A DNA stretch of 42,436 nt, taken from Octopus sinensis. Its lineage: Eukaryota. Location of the stretch: contig NW_021835191.1 of the NCBI RefSeq assembly GCF_006345805.1, positions 1 through 42,436 of the forward strand, given 5' to 3'. The notes beneath the pieces are model-generated. The model made no database searches and was not told the DNA's origin. It saw nothing but the letters and a program-made list of their open reading frames with translations. A program made the position numbers and the translations under genes. Shown here in pieces: positions 1-9,390 of this stretch (the stretch's first letter is position 1; every line of letters starts with the position of its first letter).

Positions 1-419
1 CTCCCTTTTCTTCCATTCCTTCTTTTTCTTTAACACCGTTTTCAGATACAAACACACACACACACGCACACACATGCTCTCTCTCACTTCCTCCCCTTTC
101 ATCACCCTCTTGTACTATCTTATATCCCTCCCCACCACTACACACTCAATAAAACTATAAAATTGTCAATTTTTTCCCAAAGATCTTAGAAACCCCTTGG
201 AGTAAACATCCTGACCAACTACAAAAGAAACCAGCAAAGCAACTTTTTTTCTTCCCTCTCACCCTTTTCTTCCTTTCCTTTTTTTTCTTTATGATATAAT
301 TTATACAATATATAAAAACATGTGACATATTAATAAATATCTGTAAATATAAAACCATCCGAATTTCTTCTAATATATATATATATATAAAATAATATGT
401 TACATTTACTCAATAGTGA

Positions 420-482
420 AGATAAAACTCTGAGTTTCAGATGCTGAAGTGGAAATTCACAACACCATCTCTTCGGTTATCT
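420..482 (-). ncRNA. Mirror copy of the family A hammerhead-like motif
   Basis: Reverse complement of 584-646, with two substitutions confined to the stem II insert. Confidence 0.45.
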
Positions 483-583
483 GGCCATCTGAAAAACGCT
501 ATGAAAAAATACCGTTATATAAAGGGAAAATTACTGTAATACTTTATATAACGGTATTTTTTCATAGCGTTTTTCAGATGGCC

Positions 584-646
584 AGATAACCGAAGAGATG
601 GTGTTGTGGATTTCCACTTCGGCATCTGAAACTCAGAGTTTTATCT
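584..646 (+). ncRNA. Variant type I hammerhead ribozyme-like motif (core CCGAAGA)
   Basis: Stem I AGATAA 584-589 / TTATCT 641-646; core CCGAAGA 590-596; stem II GATG/CATC plus one extra U; GAAA 628-631; stem III CT-cag-AG; putative GUU cleavage after 640. U4-to-C and the extra U are non-canonical. Confidence 0.5.
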
Positions 647-799
647 TGACTACAGTGTAGATCAAATAAATAGTGCGTGTATCTAATTGGGAAAAGATGA
701 CCATACCCAAGTATAACTTTGGAGGTTTCAACCTAACAAATCGACCGCATAAGTTACTCTTAAGTAACGTATTTATTCTATCAGTATCATTGATGAATC

Positions 800-1046
800 C
801 CTAGATAACGGGAACGTAAACAAACCAGTATCAGTTGTCAATTGGTGGGGAAGACAAATACTAACACATGCGCACACACAATAAATATATATATATAACG
901 AGCTTCCTCACAGTTTCTGTCAACTAAATTCACTCACAAGCCTTTGATTGACCCGGAGTTATACTAGAATAAATCTGCCCATAATTTCGCACAGTGGAAC
1001 TGAACCCGAAGCTGAGTACTTGAAAAGTGAGCTTCTTAGAAATCCA
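800..1046 (-). mobile_element. Degenerate tRNA-derived SINE, family S1
   Basis: Collinear, decayed similarity to the intact S1 copy at 15643-16063 (gtaaacaaaccag...cagtttctgtcaactaaattcactcacaagcctttg...cagtggaactgaaccc). Confidence 0.6.
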
Positions 1047-1271
1047 GAAACTTTATTGATTGGATGCTTCGAGTGAAACATACTTAACTTCAATTATTCA
1101 GTGAGGGTATCCGATCAAAAAACGACACGGTAATTACGACACTAATTACTAATACAATGCAGCATAATGGATTATTATTATTCCTCTCCATTGTTTTTGG
1201 AGCTTTTAAAAAGGTCAAAAGGCGCTGGTCTTTCCCATCACACTAAACCATTAGAAGGAGATAAGTTAAGA

Positions 1272-1424
1272 AGTGGCTGTGTGGTAAGAATATTTCTTCC
1301 CAACAACAAGGTCCGAGGTTCAATTCCACTGCTTAACACTTGGGCCAGTATTTTCTAATATGTCTCCGGACAACAAACGCCATGTGGATGGATTTGGTTG
1401 ACGTAAACTGAAAGAAGCCCGTCT

Positions 1425-1426
<2 letters not shown>
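1272..1426 (+). mobile_element. SINE S1, 5' half, ending at its internal (TA)n
   Basis: agtggctgtgtggtaag head, B-box-like ggttcaattcc, then ggatttggttgacgtaaactgaaagaagcccgtc as in 39099-39500. Confidence 0.75.
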
Positions 1427-1510
<84 letters not shown>

Positions 1511-1697
1511 ACTATTGAAAAGGTTGCAGGATGCAACGAAACTTTTAGGACAATAAAATAAGAACAAAGTGGAAATTTTCCGGTGAGTGAGTTAAATAAT
1601 AAGGCACAATAAGAAATGACTCTCCCCAGACACAACAGAATATGCTTCAACACACGAACTCATATAAAGAATCTTGCAAACCAAAGCCCAAAACGAA
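1511..1697 (+). mobile_element. (TA)n-flanked element, family B, with a decayed hammerhead-like remnant
   Basis: Homologous to 6138-6228 (inverted) and 6331-6445 (direct). Ends at cccaaaacgaaa-(TA)n, as at ~6440. Remnant ttgaaaag-GTTGCA-gga-TGCAAC-GAAAC at 1515-1542. Confidence 0.5.
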
Positions 1698-1749
1698 ATA
1701 TATATATATATATATATATATATCTATATATATATATATATATATATAA

Positions 1750-2325
1750 TTTACAAAATAAATTCGAATGCCAAATATGCCGAAAAAAAGACAAAATTGT
1801 CAATAACCATTATAATTTATGTGTCTCGAAACAAACCGATAGAAATTTCTAAAAATCCGTTATTACCGTATTGGTCCCAATTTCGGGGTTAATTCATAAG
1901 AATTTTCCCCTCTTCAGCGATAAATACGTGAGATATAAATGAAATACTTACTCATACCCACGGAAAAAGCAAGCACTATGTCCTGAGCAGACATAAGTAC
2001 CCTAAATATATCCAAAATAGAAAATCTTCGGCACATCTCGAGACACGTGTGATTCGAACTACAAACTTCCACAGAGTGAGAGAATCCGGATGTAAACACT
2101 ATTAAATTTATAACTAATGTAGGATAAAATTTTTCGAGAAAAAAATTTTATCAATGGCCAGCATATCAAAAAATACCTTTAAAGATTAAATTTATAATAA
2201 TTTACAAAAAATTAACAAAATTTATTTTGTAAATCATTTATAAATGTAACCTTTAAAGTTATTTTTTGATATGCCGGCGATAGATAAAAAATTTTTCTCG
2301 AAAAATATTTATCCTACATTAGTTA
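1750..2325 (-). mobile_element. (TA)n-flanked hammerhead element, family C, with a short 5' inverted arm
   Basis: Imperfect inverted repeat 2111-~2209 / ~2226-2325; HHR at 1858-1928 on the long arm; (TA)n on both sides; related fragment at 4678-4760. Confidence 0.6.
1858..1928 (-). ncRNA. Type I hammerhead ribozyme
   Basis: Minus strand: stem I CGTATTTATCG / CGGTAA-TACG; core CTGAAGA; stem II GGGG/CCCC; GAAA; stem III TTGG-ga-CCAA; AUA cleavage triplet. Confidence 0.8.
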
Positions 2326-2370
2326 TATATATATATATGTATGATAGATAGATAGATAGAGAAATATAAG

Positions 2371-2409
<39 letters not shown>

Positions 2410-2476
2410 ATATAATATATTTCTCCCTCTCTCTTACAATACATATATAGATAGAATATATGTAGGTATGTATGTA

Positions 2477-2510
<34 letters not shown>

Positions 2511-2516
2511 ATATAT

Positions 2517-3390
2517 GTCGTCTTCTAAATGTTTCACGTTCTTGTCCCAGTTTGTATATTTTTTTACTTTTACATATATACATGGCGGCTACGTACCCCT
2601 TTTTAACCCTATACGTAGGTATATACTCTTTAACATTGGTACAACTCTACTACACTGTCTCATTCCCCCCTCTCCTACATCTCTCTGCCTTCACCCTTTG
2701 CACTCCCCTCGATCTGTCTCTTTCTCTCTCTTTCTTCTCCTCCCTTGTTCCCCTTCTTTCTTTCTCTCTTCATCTGTCCCCCCTCTCCTACATTTCTCTG
2801 CCTCTCACACCTTACACTCCACTTGATCTGTCTCTTTCCCTCTCTTTCTTCTCCTCCCTTGTTCCTTGTTCCCCTTCTTTCCCTCTTCATCTGTCCCTTT
2901 CTCCTCTCTTTTGTCCTCACGTGACCAGCCAGCGATTACTGCCTTTTCGCATCCAGCAGTCATTGTGGAAACACGTATTTGTTTGTTCTCTGTGGCCTTA
3001 AGACACTCTTCTAACGCCAGCTCAAAACTTAACTCGTCCTGTCGAAAAGACGCTTGTCCTGACGTCCTGCTTTTGTTGTTATCCTTACCATTATTGTTTT
3101 TACGTATTTTGTATTCTTATTCGTGTAACATCGTCCCTTTTTCCGTCCCTGTGTTGTATACATTCGAAGCTTTCTTCCAAGGAATCTAATGCGCTTGGCT
3201 TAGATTATCCTAGGGGGCTGCCCAGATCGGAGCAATCTCAAGATTATTCAGCCGAAATTGCGAAGATGATCCGGTTCTTGACTGATGATTGAGGGCTTCG
3301 AATGTCCCGTCCGTGTTTTTTGCGTCGTCTTCTAAATGTTTCACGTTCTTGTCCCAGTTTGTATATTTTTTTTACTTTTACATATATATA
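2517..3390. mobile_element. (TA)n-flanked element with ~65-bp terminal direct repeats and an internal ~115-bp pyrimidine-rich tandem duplication
   Basis: gtcgtcttctaaatgtttcacgttcttgtcccagtttgtatattttt...acttttacatatata occurs at 2517-2580 and ~3324-3390. Duplication at ~2665-2778 / 2779-2900. Confidence 0.55.
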
Positions 3391-3397
3391 TATATTG

Positions 3398-3428
<31 letters not shown>

Positions 3429-3430
3429 TA

Positions 3431-3471
<41 letters not shown>

Positions 3472-3509
3472 CACACACATGCATAGAGATACACATACAT
3501 ACATATGAT

Positions 3510-3731
3510 ATGTGTGTATATGTGTTTGTGTCTGCGGTTTTCCACACCACCGCTTGTTTATGTCCTCGTGAACTAGCGGCTCGGGAAAAAGAGACCAATA
3601 AAATAGGTAACAGGCTTTAAAATATAAGTACCGGGATCGATACGTTCGACGAAAATCCTTCGGGACGTTACCCCAGCATGACCGCAGACTAATGACTGAA
3701 ATATTTAAGAGAAAATGTAAAAGATAAAAGA
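3510..3731 (+). mobile_element. S1-related SINE, 3' half
   Basis: tagcggctcgggaaaaagagaccaataaaatagg...ccccagcatgaccgcagactaatgactgaaa followed by an (aaaagat)-type tail. Confidence 0.65.
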
Positions 3732-3759
3732 TGTACAATGATGTTGTCAAGCGTGATGA

Positions 3760-3884
3760 TATCCTTTCGGGGTCGATAAATAAAGTAACAATTTAGCACT
3801 GGAGTCGATGTAATCGACTTAATCCCTTTGTCTACCCTTGTTTGTCCCCTCTATGTTTAGCCCGTTGTGGGCAATAAAGAAATA
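3760..3884 (+). mobile_element. SINE S2, 3' half
   Basis: atcctttcggggtcgataaa...tgtttagcccgttgtgggcaataaagaaata matches the 3' end of the intact copy at 28559-28792. Confidence 0.8.
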
Positions 3885-4517
3885 GATATTCGCATGGCAG
3901 AATCTAGAGAAAATATTAAAGAATAAATAGAAAGACACCTATGTAGAGAAGCAGGGTATGATCGGCCAATTATCGAGTCAGAAGTCCGATATCATGTGGA
4001 TACGAGCAACTACACACAACAGATGGCAGGATATTGGCCGTATTTCTTCATATGAATATCTACTAGACAAGCGATATATGGGATTCCTATACAGACACAA
4101 TCAGTGTATTTGACTGACGTATATGATACGTATGACTTATTTCCTGACGCAAAATCCACGTTGTTATTTAACTACATATATATATATATATATTATATAT
4201 TATATATATATATATTTCCACATACACGAGTGCAAGTGTGGTGTTGTGTGTGCGCGCTTGTGCATGTGCGTGCGCACGCGCTATGTGTGTTTGATTCTAA
4301 CCATAAGTGATAAATCAATTCTGTTTATCCAATGTAAACAAGAAGCAGACAAGAGTAACAGCTTGATTCAGCCATATGATTACAGTTCAGGTTATGCATA
4401 CATTTATGTAAAAATATGGATGCACATATTTGTGTGTGCAAACATAGGTATACATATATATACAGATGCAACACCACACACCACGTATATATATATATTA
4501 TATATATTATATATATA

Positions 4518-4556
<39 letters not shown>

Positions 4557-4611
4557 CATATAAACACACATATGCGTTACATAAGCAAAAATTACGTCGA
4601 AACATATACAG

Positions 4612-4644
<33 letters not shown>

Positions 4645-4677
4645 TGTATGTATGTATGCATATATAATAGATATATA

Positions 4678-4760
4678 GTCTGAGCAGACCTAAGTACCCC
4701 GATATTAGTACTTGCTTTTTCCATGGGTATGAGTATTCCACTTATATCCCTCGTATATAT
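4678..4760. mobile_element. Family C fragment containing an inversion junction
   Basis: ~4680-4703 matches 1981-2003 in direct orientation; ~4705-4755 matches 1925-1980 inverted. Flanked by (TATG)n/(TA)n. Confidence 0.6.
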
Positions 4761-4766
4761 ATATAA

Positions 4767-4820
<54 letters not shown>

Positions 4821-5198
4821 GTGTGTATGTATCCATGTATGTATATATATATATATATATATATGTATGCATGCATGTTCGTATGTATATATTTGTGCCT
4901 TTTCGTTTTTAAATTCTGACAAGTTACCTTAATAATTTAATAATTTATATACGGTAATGATGATGATAGTCATAAATGGATGTCTTCGTCTTATTATTAA
5001 GCATAAATAGCTACCTACATAACTACATAGCTATAGCAAAGTTCATATATGATTAATCGCGACTACATATATAAACATATACATACATGTTTACATGTTT
5101 GTGTGGGACGTGTGTATATGAGTGTAGGATGACTATGTGCATGTATGTATATTTATACACACCACACACACACACACAACACCACACACAACACACAC

Positions 5199-5249
<51 letters not shown>

Positions 5250-5433
5250 AAAGGGCTTAGTAAAAAAATTACTTTGCCGCATACTGAACTCATTAGAAAT
5301 AGCAGCTCTAAAAACTTTTTTTAAAGCTATTTCTAATACTTAAAGAAAATCTCTCTCATATATAGTGTTTGCTTAATTCAACTCACAAAAGTTTGGGGGT
5401 AAGGACATCGAAAAATCAAATGCTAAGTTTATT

Positions 5434-5485
5434 TGAGAACGTACGTTTCAAATTAGTCAAAAACAACACTTCTATCATCAGCTCA
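5434..5485 (-). ncRNA. Minimal type I hammerhead motif (family D, left arm)
   Basis: TGAG-CTGATGA-...-GAAAC-GTAC-GTT-CTCA on the minus strand; palindromic CGTACG stem III; stem II weak (TAG/CTA only). Confidence 0.6.
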
Positions 5486-5753
5486 GAAATTCCTTGGTTG
5501 GATTTGGAAACACTGAAAATAAGAACATACCCTTTCGAAGATCTGCTCATAACTAACAGTGCCAACAAATTCAAATAAGCAAGCGAAGAATCTCTGTTCT
5601 CCCTTTCCACCAGCGTGGGTTAAAATCATCAAACACTAGTGTTTGATGATTTTAACCCACGCTGGTGAATTTGTTGGCACTGTTAGTTATGAGCAGATCT
5701 TCGAAAGGGTATGTTCTTATTTTCAGTGTTCCAAATCCAAACCAAGGAATTTC

Positions 5754-5808
5754 TGAGCTGATGATAGAAGTTGTTTGTTTTGGACTAATCTTGAAACGTA
5801 CGTTCTCA
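5754..5808 (+). ncRNA. Minimal type I hammerhead motif (family D, right arm)
   Basis: TGAG 5754-5757, CTGATGA 5758-5764, GAAA 5793-5796, C-GTAC-G, UU, CTCA 5805-5808; stem II weak. Confidence 0.6.
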
Positions 5809-6137
5809 AAAACCTTAGCATTTGATTTTTCGATGTCCTTACCCCCAAACTTTTGTGAGTTGAATTAAGCAAACACTATATAGAGAGAGATTTTTCTTTA
5901 AGTATTAGAAATAGCTTTTAAAAAGTTTTTTAGCTGCTATTCTAATGAGTTCAGTATGCGGCAAAGTAATTTATTTTACTAAGCCCTTTTATATAATGTA
6001 ATAATTTGAATTCGCCTTGAATGGTCCCTTTGCATACTGAACACTTGGTGGAAATTGATAATAATTAATTAATTTTGCCCTCAATTGTTGAAATTATATA
6101 TATATTATATATATATATATATATTATATATATATAC

Positions 6138-6445
6138 TGTTATGTCTCGGGGAGAGTCCATTTTCTTTTTGTGCCTTATGATTTAACACACACACCGGTA
6201 AAATTTCCACTATTTCTTACTTTTATTTAAAAATATTTTAAATAAAAAAATTAAAATTAAAATATAAATAAAAGTAAATAAATTAATTCATTAAATTAAA
6301 TTAAATTAAATTAAATTAAATAATAAGAGTATGTTAAATGATAAGGCACAAAAAGAAAATGAGTCTCCCCAGAGACAACAGAATATGCTTCAACACGCGA
6401 ACTCATATAACGAATCTTACAAACCAAATCCCAAAACGAAATATA
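6138..6445. mobile_element. Family B element in head-to-head inverted arrangement
   Basis: 6138-6228 is the reverse complement of 1552-1640; 6331-6445 is a direct copy of ~1590-1700; AT-rich spacer between; (TA)n on both sides. Confidence 0.6.
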
Positions 6446-6697
6446 TATATATAAAGCGGTGTAGCTGTGATTGCTTATCATAACCCATAGAGAACTGAAT
6501 CCAGAGAATAAATGCGACCACATGACATCTGGTGTCGTGTTGAAGTAAACAACAAACATAACTGGACACCAATCGCCACCAGGATCGCTGCAACAGTAAT
6601 GGCAGCGGTGGCCTACTGCTGCAATATAGATTGCAGCTGTGGTAGTGGCGGTATTTCGGAGCTACCTATACAACAGCAGCAGGAACTACAGCAGCAC

Positions 6698-6742
<45 letters not shown>

Positions 6743-6752
6743 CAGCAGCAGC

Positions 6753-6800
<48 letters not shown>

Positions 6801-6803
6801 TGT

Positions 6804-6838
<35 letters not shown>

Positions 6839-6879
6839 CAGTAGTGGTAGTAGTAGTTGTTGTTGTTGTTGTTGTTGTT

Positions 6880-6941
<62 letters not shown>
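6698..6941 (+). repeat. Compound (TAG)n/(CAG)n/(TTG)n microsatellite
   Basis: Direct inspection. Confidence 0.95.
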
Positions 6942-7361
6942 TACGATCTTGTTGACTGGTTTTCTGTAATACAAAGCTCTTAGTTGTTTCGTAGAAGATA
7001 GGTGTAGGTCGGATAAAAATCATGATCCATCCAGCCGTGACCATCTCAGCTGCTTTGCCCGCCTGGTACATGCCTCTTTACTCAAACTGTTGGGATCTTT
7101 TGGAAAGTGATTTAGCTGCTATTTCTAGGAATTTTACTAACCAGACAGAAGAAACACTTCACTTTGTGATACTAATACTGCTGTTACGTGCTAATGTTGT
7201 TGTTTAGCCGCATCTAGATCTATACTGAGCAGCTCTTTGATTTATAGGATTCCATCCATGACCATCACGTTTTCGTCTTTGTAGGTACAGGGTAGCCTAG
7301 ATTACATTAGCAACCTTTTTTTGCGGCTATAAGCCCTGAGCTGAGGTATATTTAATAGATA

Positions 7362-8070
7362 TAAATCCTTAAATCCTTAAAAATGTTTCAGCCCGAAGGC
7401 TGCGGCCATGCTGGGGCACCACCGTTGAATGAGCTACACTAGAATGTGAAACCACCTGTGATACGTGGCACTTGATCAACAAGGGAGTTCGATGCCGCTT
7501 CCCGCATCTGTGTTTCCTGCCGAGAGGTAGATTCATCTGGGACCCCTGACAAGAAGAGATCCAGTTTAGTTTTAAAGAAACCCACATCCACACATTGCAG
7601 GTCTCTGAGGCATTTAGGAAGGATAATGAAGAGCTGTGGTCCTCTGAAACCCAAGCTGTTGCAGTATCTTGTCCTATATTTTGATGGTGATGTTGGGATC
7701 TTTGGCACCATGCAGTGGCGTCCCGTTCTGCGGTTGGGGTAACTTTGAATGCCAAAGTTCGAGACAAGACCCTCCTGGATATTCCAGATGTATATCACTG
7801 CATATTTCTCTTGCCTTCGCTCCAGGGAGAAGAGTTTTAATACTTTCAGTCTTTCCCAGTAGCTGATATGTTGCATTGGGACGATCTTCTTTGTGTAGCT
7901 TCGTTGAATTGCTTCAAGTCCTGCTGTTAACTTTATATTGTGTGGTGACCATAGTTGGGAGCAGTAGTCCAAGTGACTGAGGACGAATGTCTTCCAAAGG
8001 ACCATCAGTGTCTCCTTCTTTCTTATTCTGAAAGTTCGGAGAATCCATCCAGCTATGTTTAGCATCTCAA
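7362..8070 (-). mobile_element. 5'-truncated CR1/L2-group LINE: RT C-terminus, 3' UTR and tail
   Basis: ORF 7439-8077 contains GWILRTF, LWKTFVLSHLDYCSQLWSP and SYWERLKVLKLFSLERR, typical of the CR1/L2 RT C-terminal region. 3' stem-loop CAGCC-TTCG-GGCTG and a short (TTTAAGGA)n tail. Confidence 0.9.
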
Positions 8071-8511
8071 GCTCCATTATTGGTTTTAGAATGTTATACA
8101 GTACGACTTCGTTTCTGTAACGGGCTCTGCTCTCCAGAGTCGACTGCGTTCATCACCATCTTCAATAAGAAATTTCCGTTCCGCTTACTCGATCCCGCAT
8201 AGATTAGATCCTCCCAGGCACCTCACTACACACTATTCGCATTTCCTTCTCTTCACCCTCATGTGTCCAACCAACTCATGTCCTGCACTGGTCAATACAG
8301 CCATGTCTCAAAAAGCCCTGAACTTGCACTAGTCACAACAACCATTTCCCAAGGATCCGCTTCGTGTGTCAGACGAAACCAGACTCTGCACTAGTCACTA
8401 TCATCAAGTCCCAAGGATCACCGTCGTGTGTCTAATTAATCTAGGTGATGCACTTGTCACTACATTCATTTTTTTTCATTTCAAGTTGAATTATAACAAC
8501 AAACAAACAAC

Positions 8512-8512
<1 letters not shown>

Positions 8513-8584
<72 letters not shown>

Positions 8585-8633
8585 GCCTGATGCAGTACCA
8601 GGCAGTGGCTCTCGTTATAACAACAACAACAAC

Positions 8634-8697
<64 letters not shown>

Positions 8698-8766
8698 TAA
8701 TGATGAGATATAAATAATAATAATAATATAATAATAATAATAATATAATAATAATAATAATAATAA
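8513..8766 (+). repeat. (TAA)n arrays with an isolated ~32-bp copy of the head of the downstream element (8581-8612)
   Basis: aaatgcctgatgcagtaccaggcagtggctct at 8581 recurs at ~8765. Confidence 0.9.
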
Positions 8767-9262
8767 ATGCCCTGATGCAGTACCAGGCAGTGGCTCTTGT
8801 GGCTTCAGATCTTAACTGATTTGAAATGTTATCATGTTTTGTCTTGGTATAAAAGATGTGCTATTGCAAATATTCTGCTCAATACCACAGATTTGCTTGT
8901 CAGTTGTTTGACCGTAGCCAGTTGACCATTTCCCTTAGTGGCTGACGATATGTGCATCTCTGATCAGGAGCAGAAGTAGTGGGGGAGAATCATAGCCATG
9001 TGTTGAAAGGAATTCTTAGAGGTTTGGGTAATTCACCTCTGGAAACATGGGTGTTTCGTTCAACATCCTTAAACAACCCTTATTCAGGGATCTGCAAGAT
9101 CATGTGCTATTTATCTTGATATGAGATCACCATATCGCACATATATGGTTGTGATGCATATGCTTAATGTACCCTTATCAGACAGGTAGTCATGATGGGT
9201 ATACTGGGCTCCGTATATTTTACCCCAGTATCACTTTGAAGGCATGCGCTTCTCTCTCACTC
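8766..9262. mobile_element. ~500-bp non-coding dispersed element flanked by (TAA)n
   Basis: Second copy at 12938-13426 and inverted partial copy at ~27700-27910, each next to TAA/TTA repeats; no credible ORF. Confidence 0.65.
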
Positions 9263-9324
<62 letters not shown>

Positions 9325-9390
9325 TAATAATAATAATTATAATAAAAATAATAATAATAAAATAATAAGAATTAAAAAAAATTTTTTTTT

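Larger units (their letters stand above)
414..652. mobile_element. Palindromic hammerhead-bearing element, family A (111-bp arms, 17-nt spacer); probable Penelope-like pLTR inversion
   Basis: Arm 414-524 is the reverse complement of 542-652 with 3 mismatches. A (TA)n tract lies just upstream (~373-389). Each arm has an HHR-like motif reading outward from the centre. Confidence 0.7.
5246..5993. mobile_element. Zero-spacer palindromic hammerhead element, family D (~350-390-bp arms)
   Basis: Perfect 60-bp palindrome 5608-5667 centred at 5637/5638. Arms stay complementary out to tataaaagggcttagt / actaagcccttttata. The right arm lacks ~35 bp present at 5573-5607. (TA)n at 5199-5245 and ~6095-6136. 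Confidence 0.8.

Noticed and set aside
3282-3288. CTGATGA core motif
   Set aside because: No downstream stem II plus GAAA and no adjacent stem I partner in a valid HHR order.
6512-6700. 62-aa ORF MRPHDIW...QQQQELQQH
   Set aside because: Short, grades into a CAG/TAG microsatellite, and has no recognisable homology or splice support.
8325-8465. Repeat-spacer-like pattern suggesting CRISPR
   Set aside because: Eukaryotic context; whole units are homologous rather than constant repeats with unique spacers; no cas genes.
8942-8948. CTGACGA in the 500-bp TAA element (also 13104-13110)
   Set aside because: No correctly placed GAAA-stem III-UH follows.
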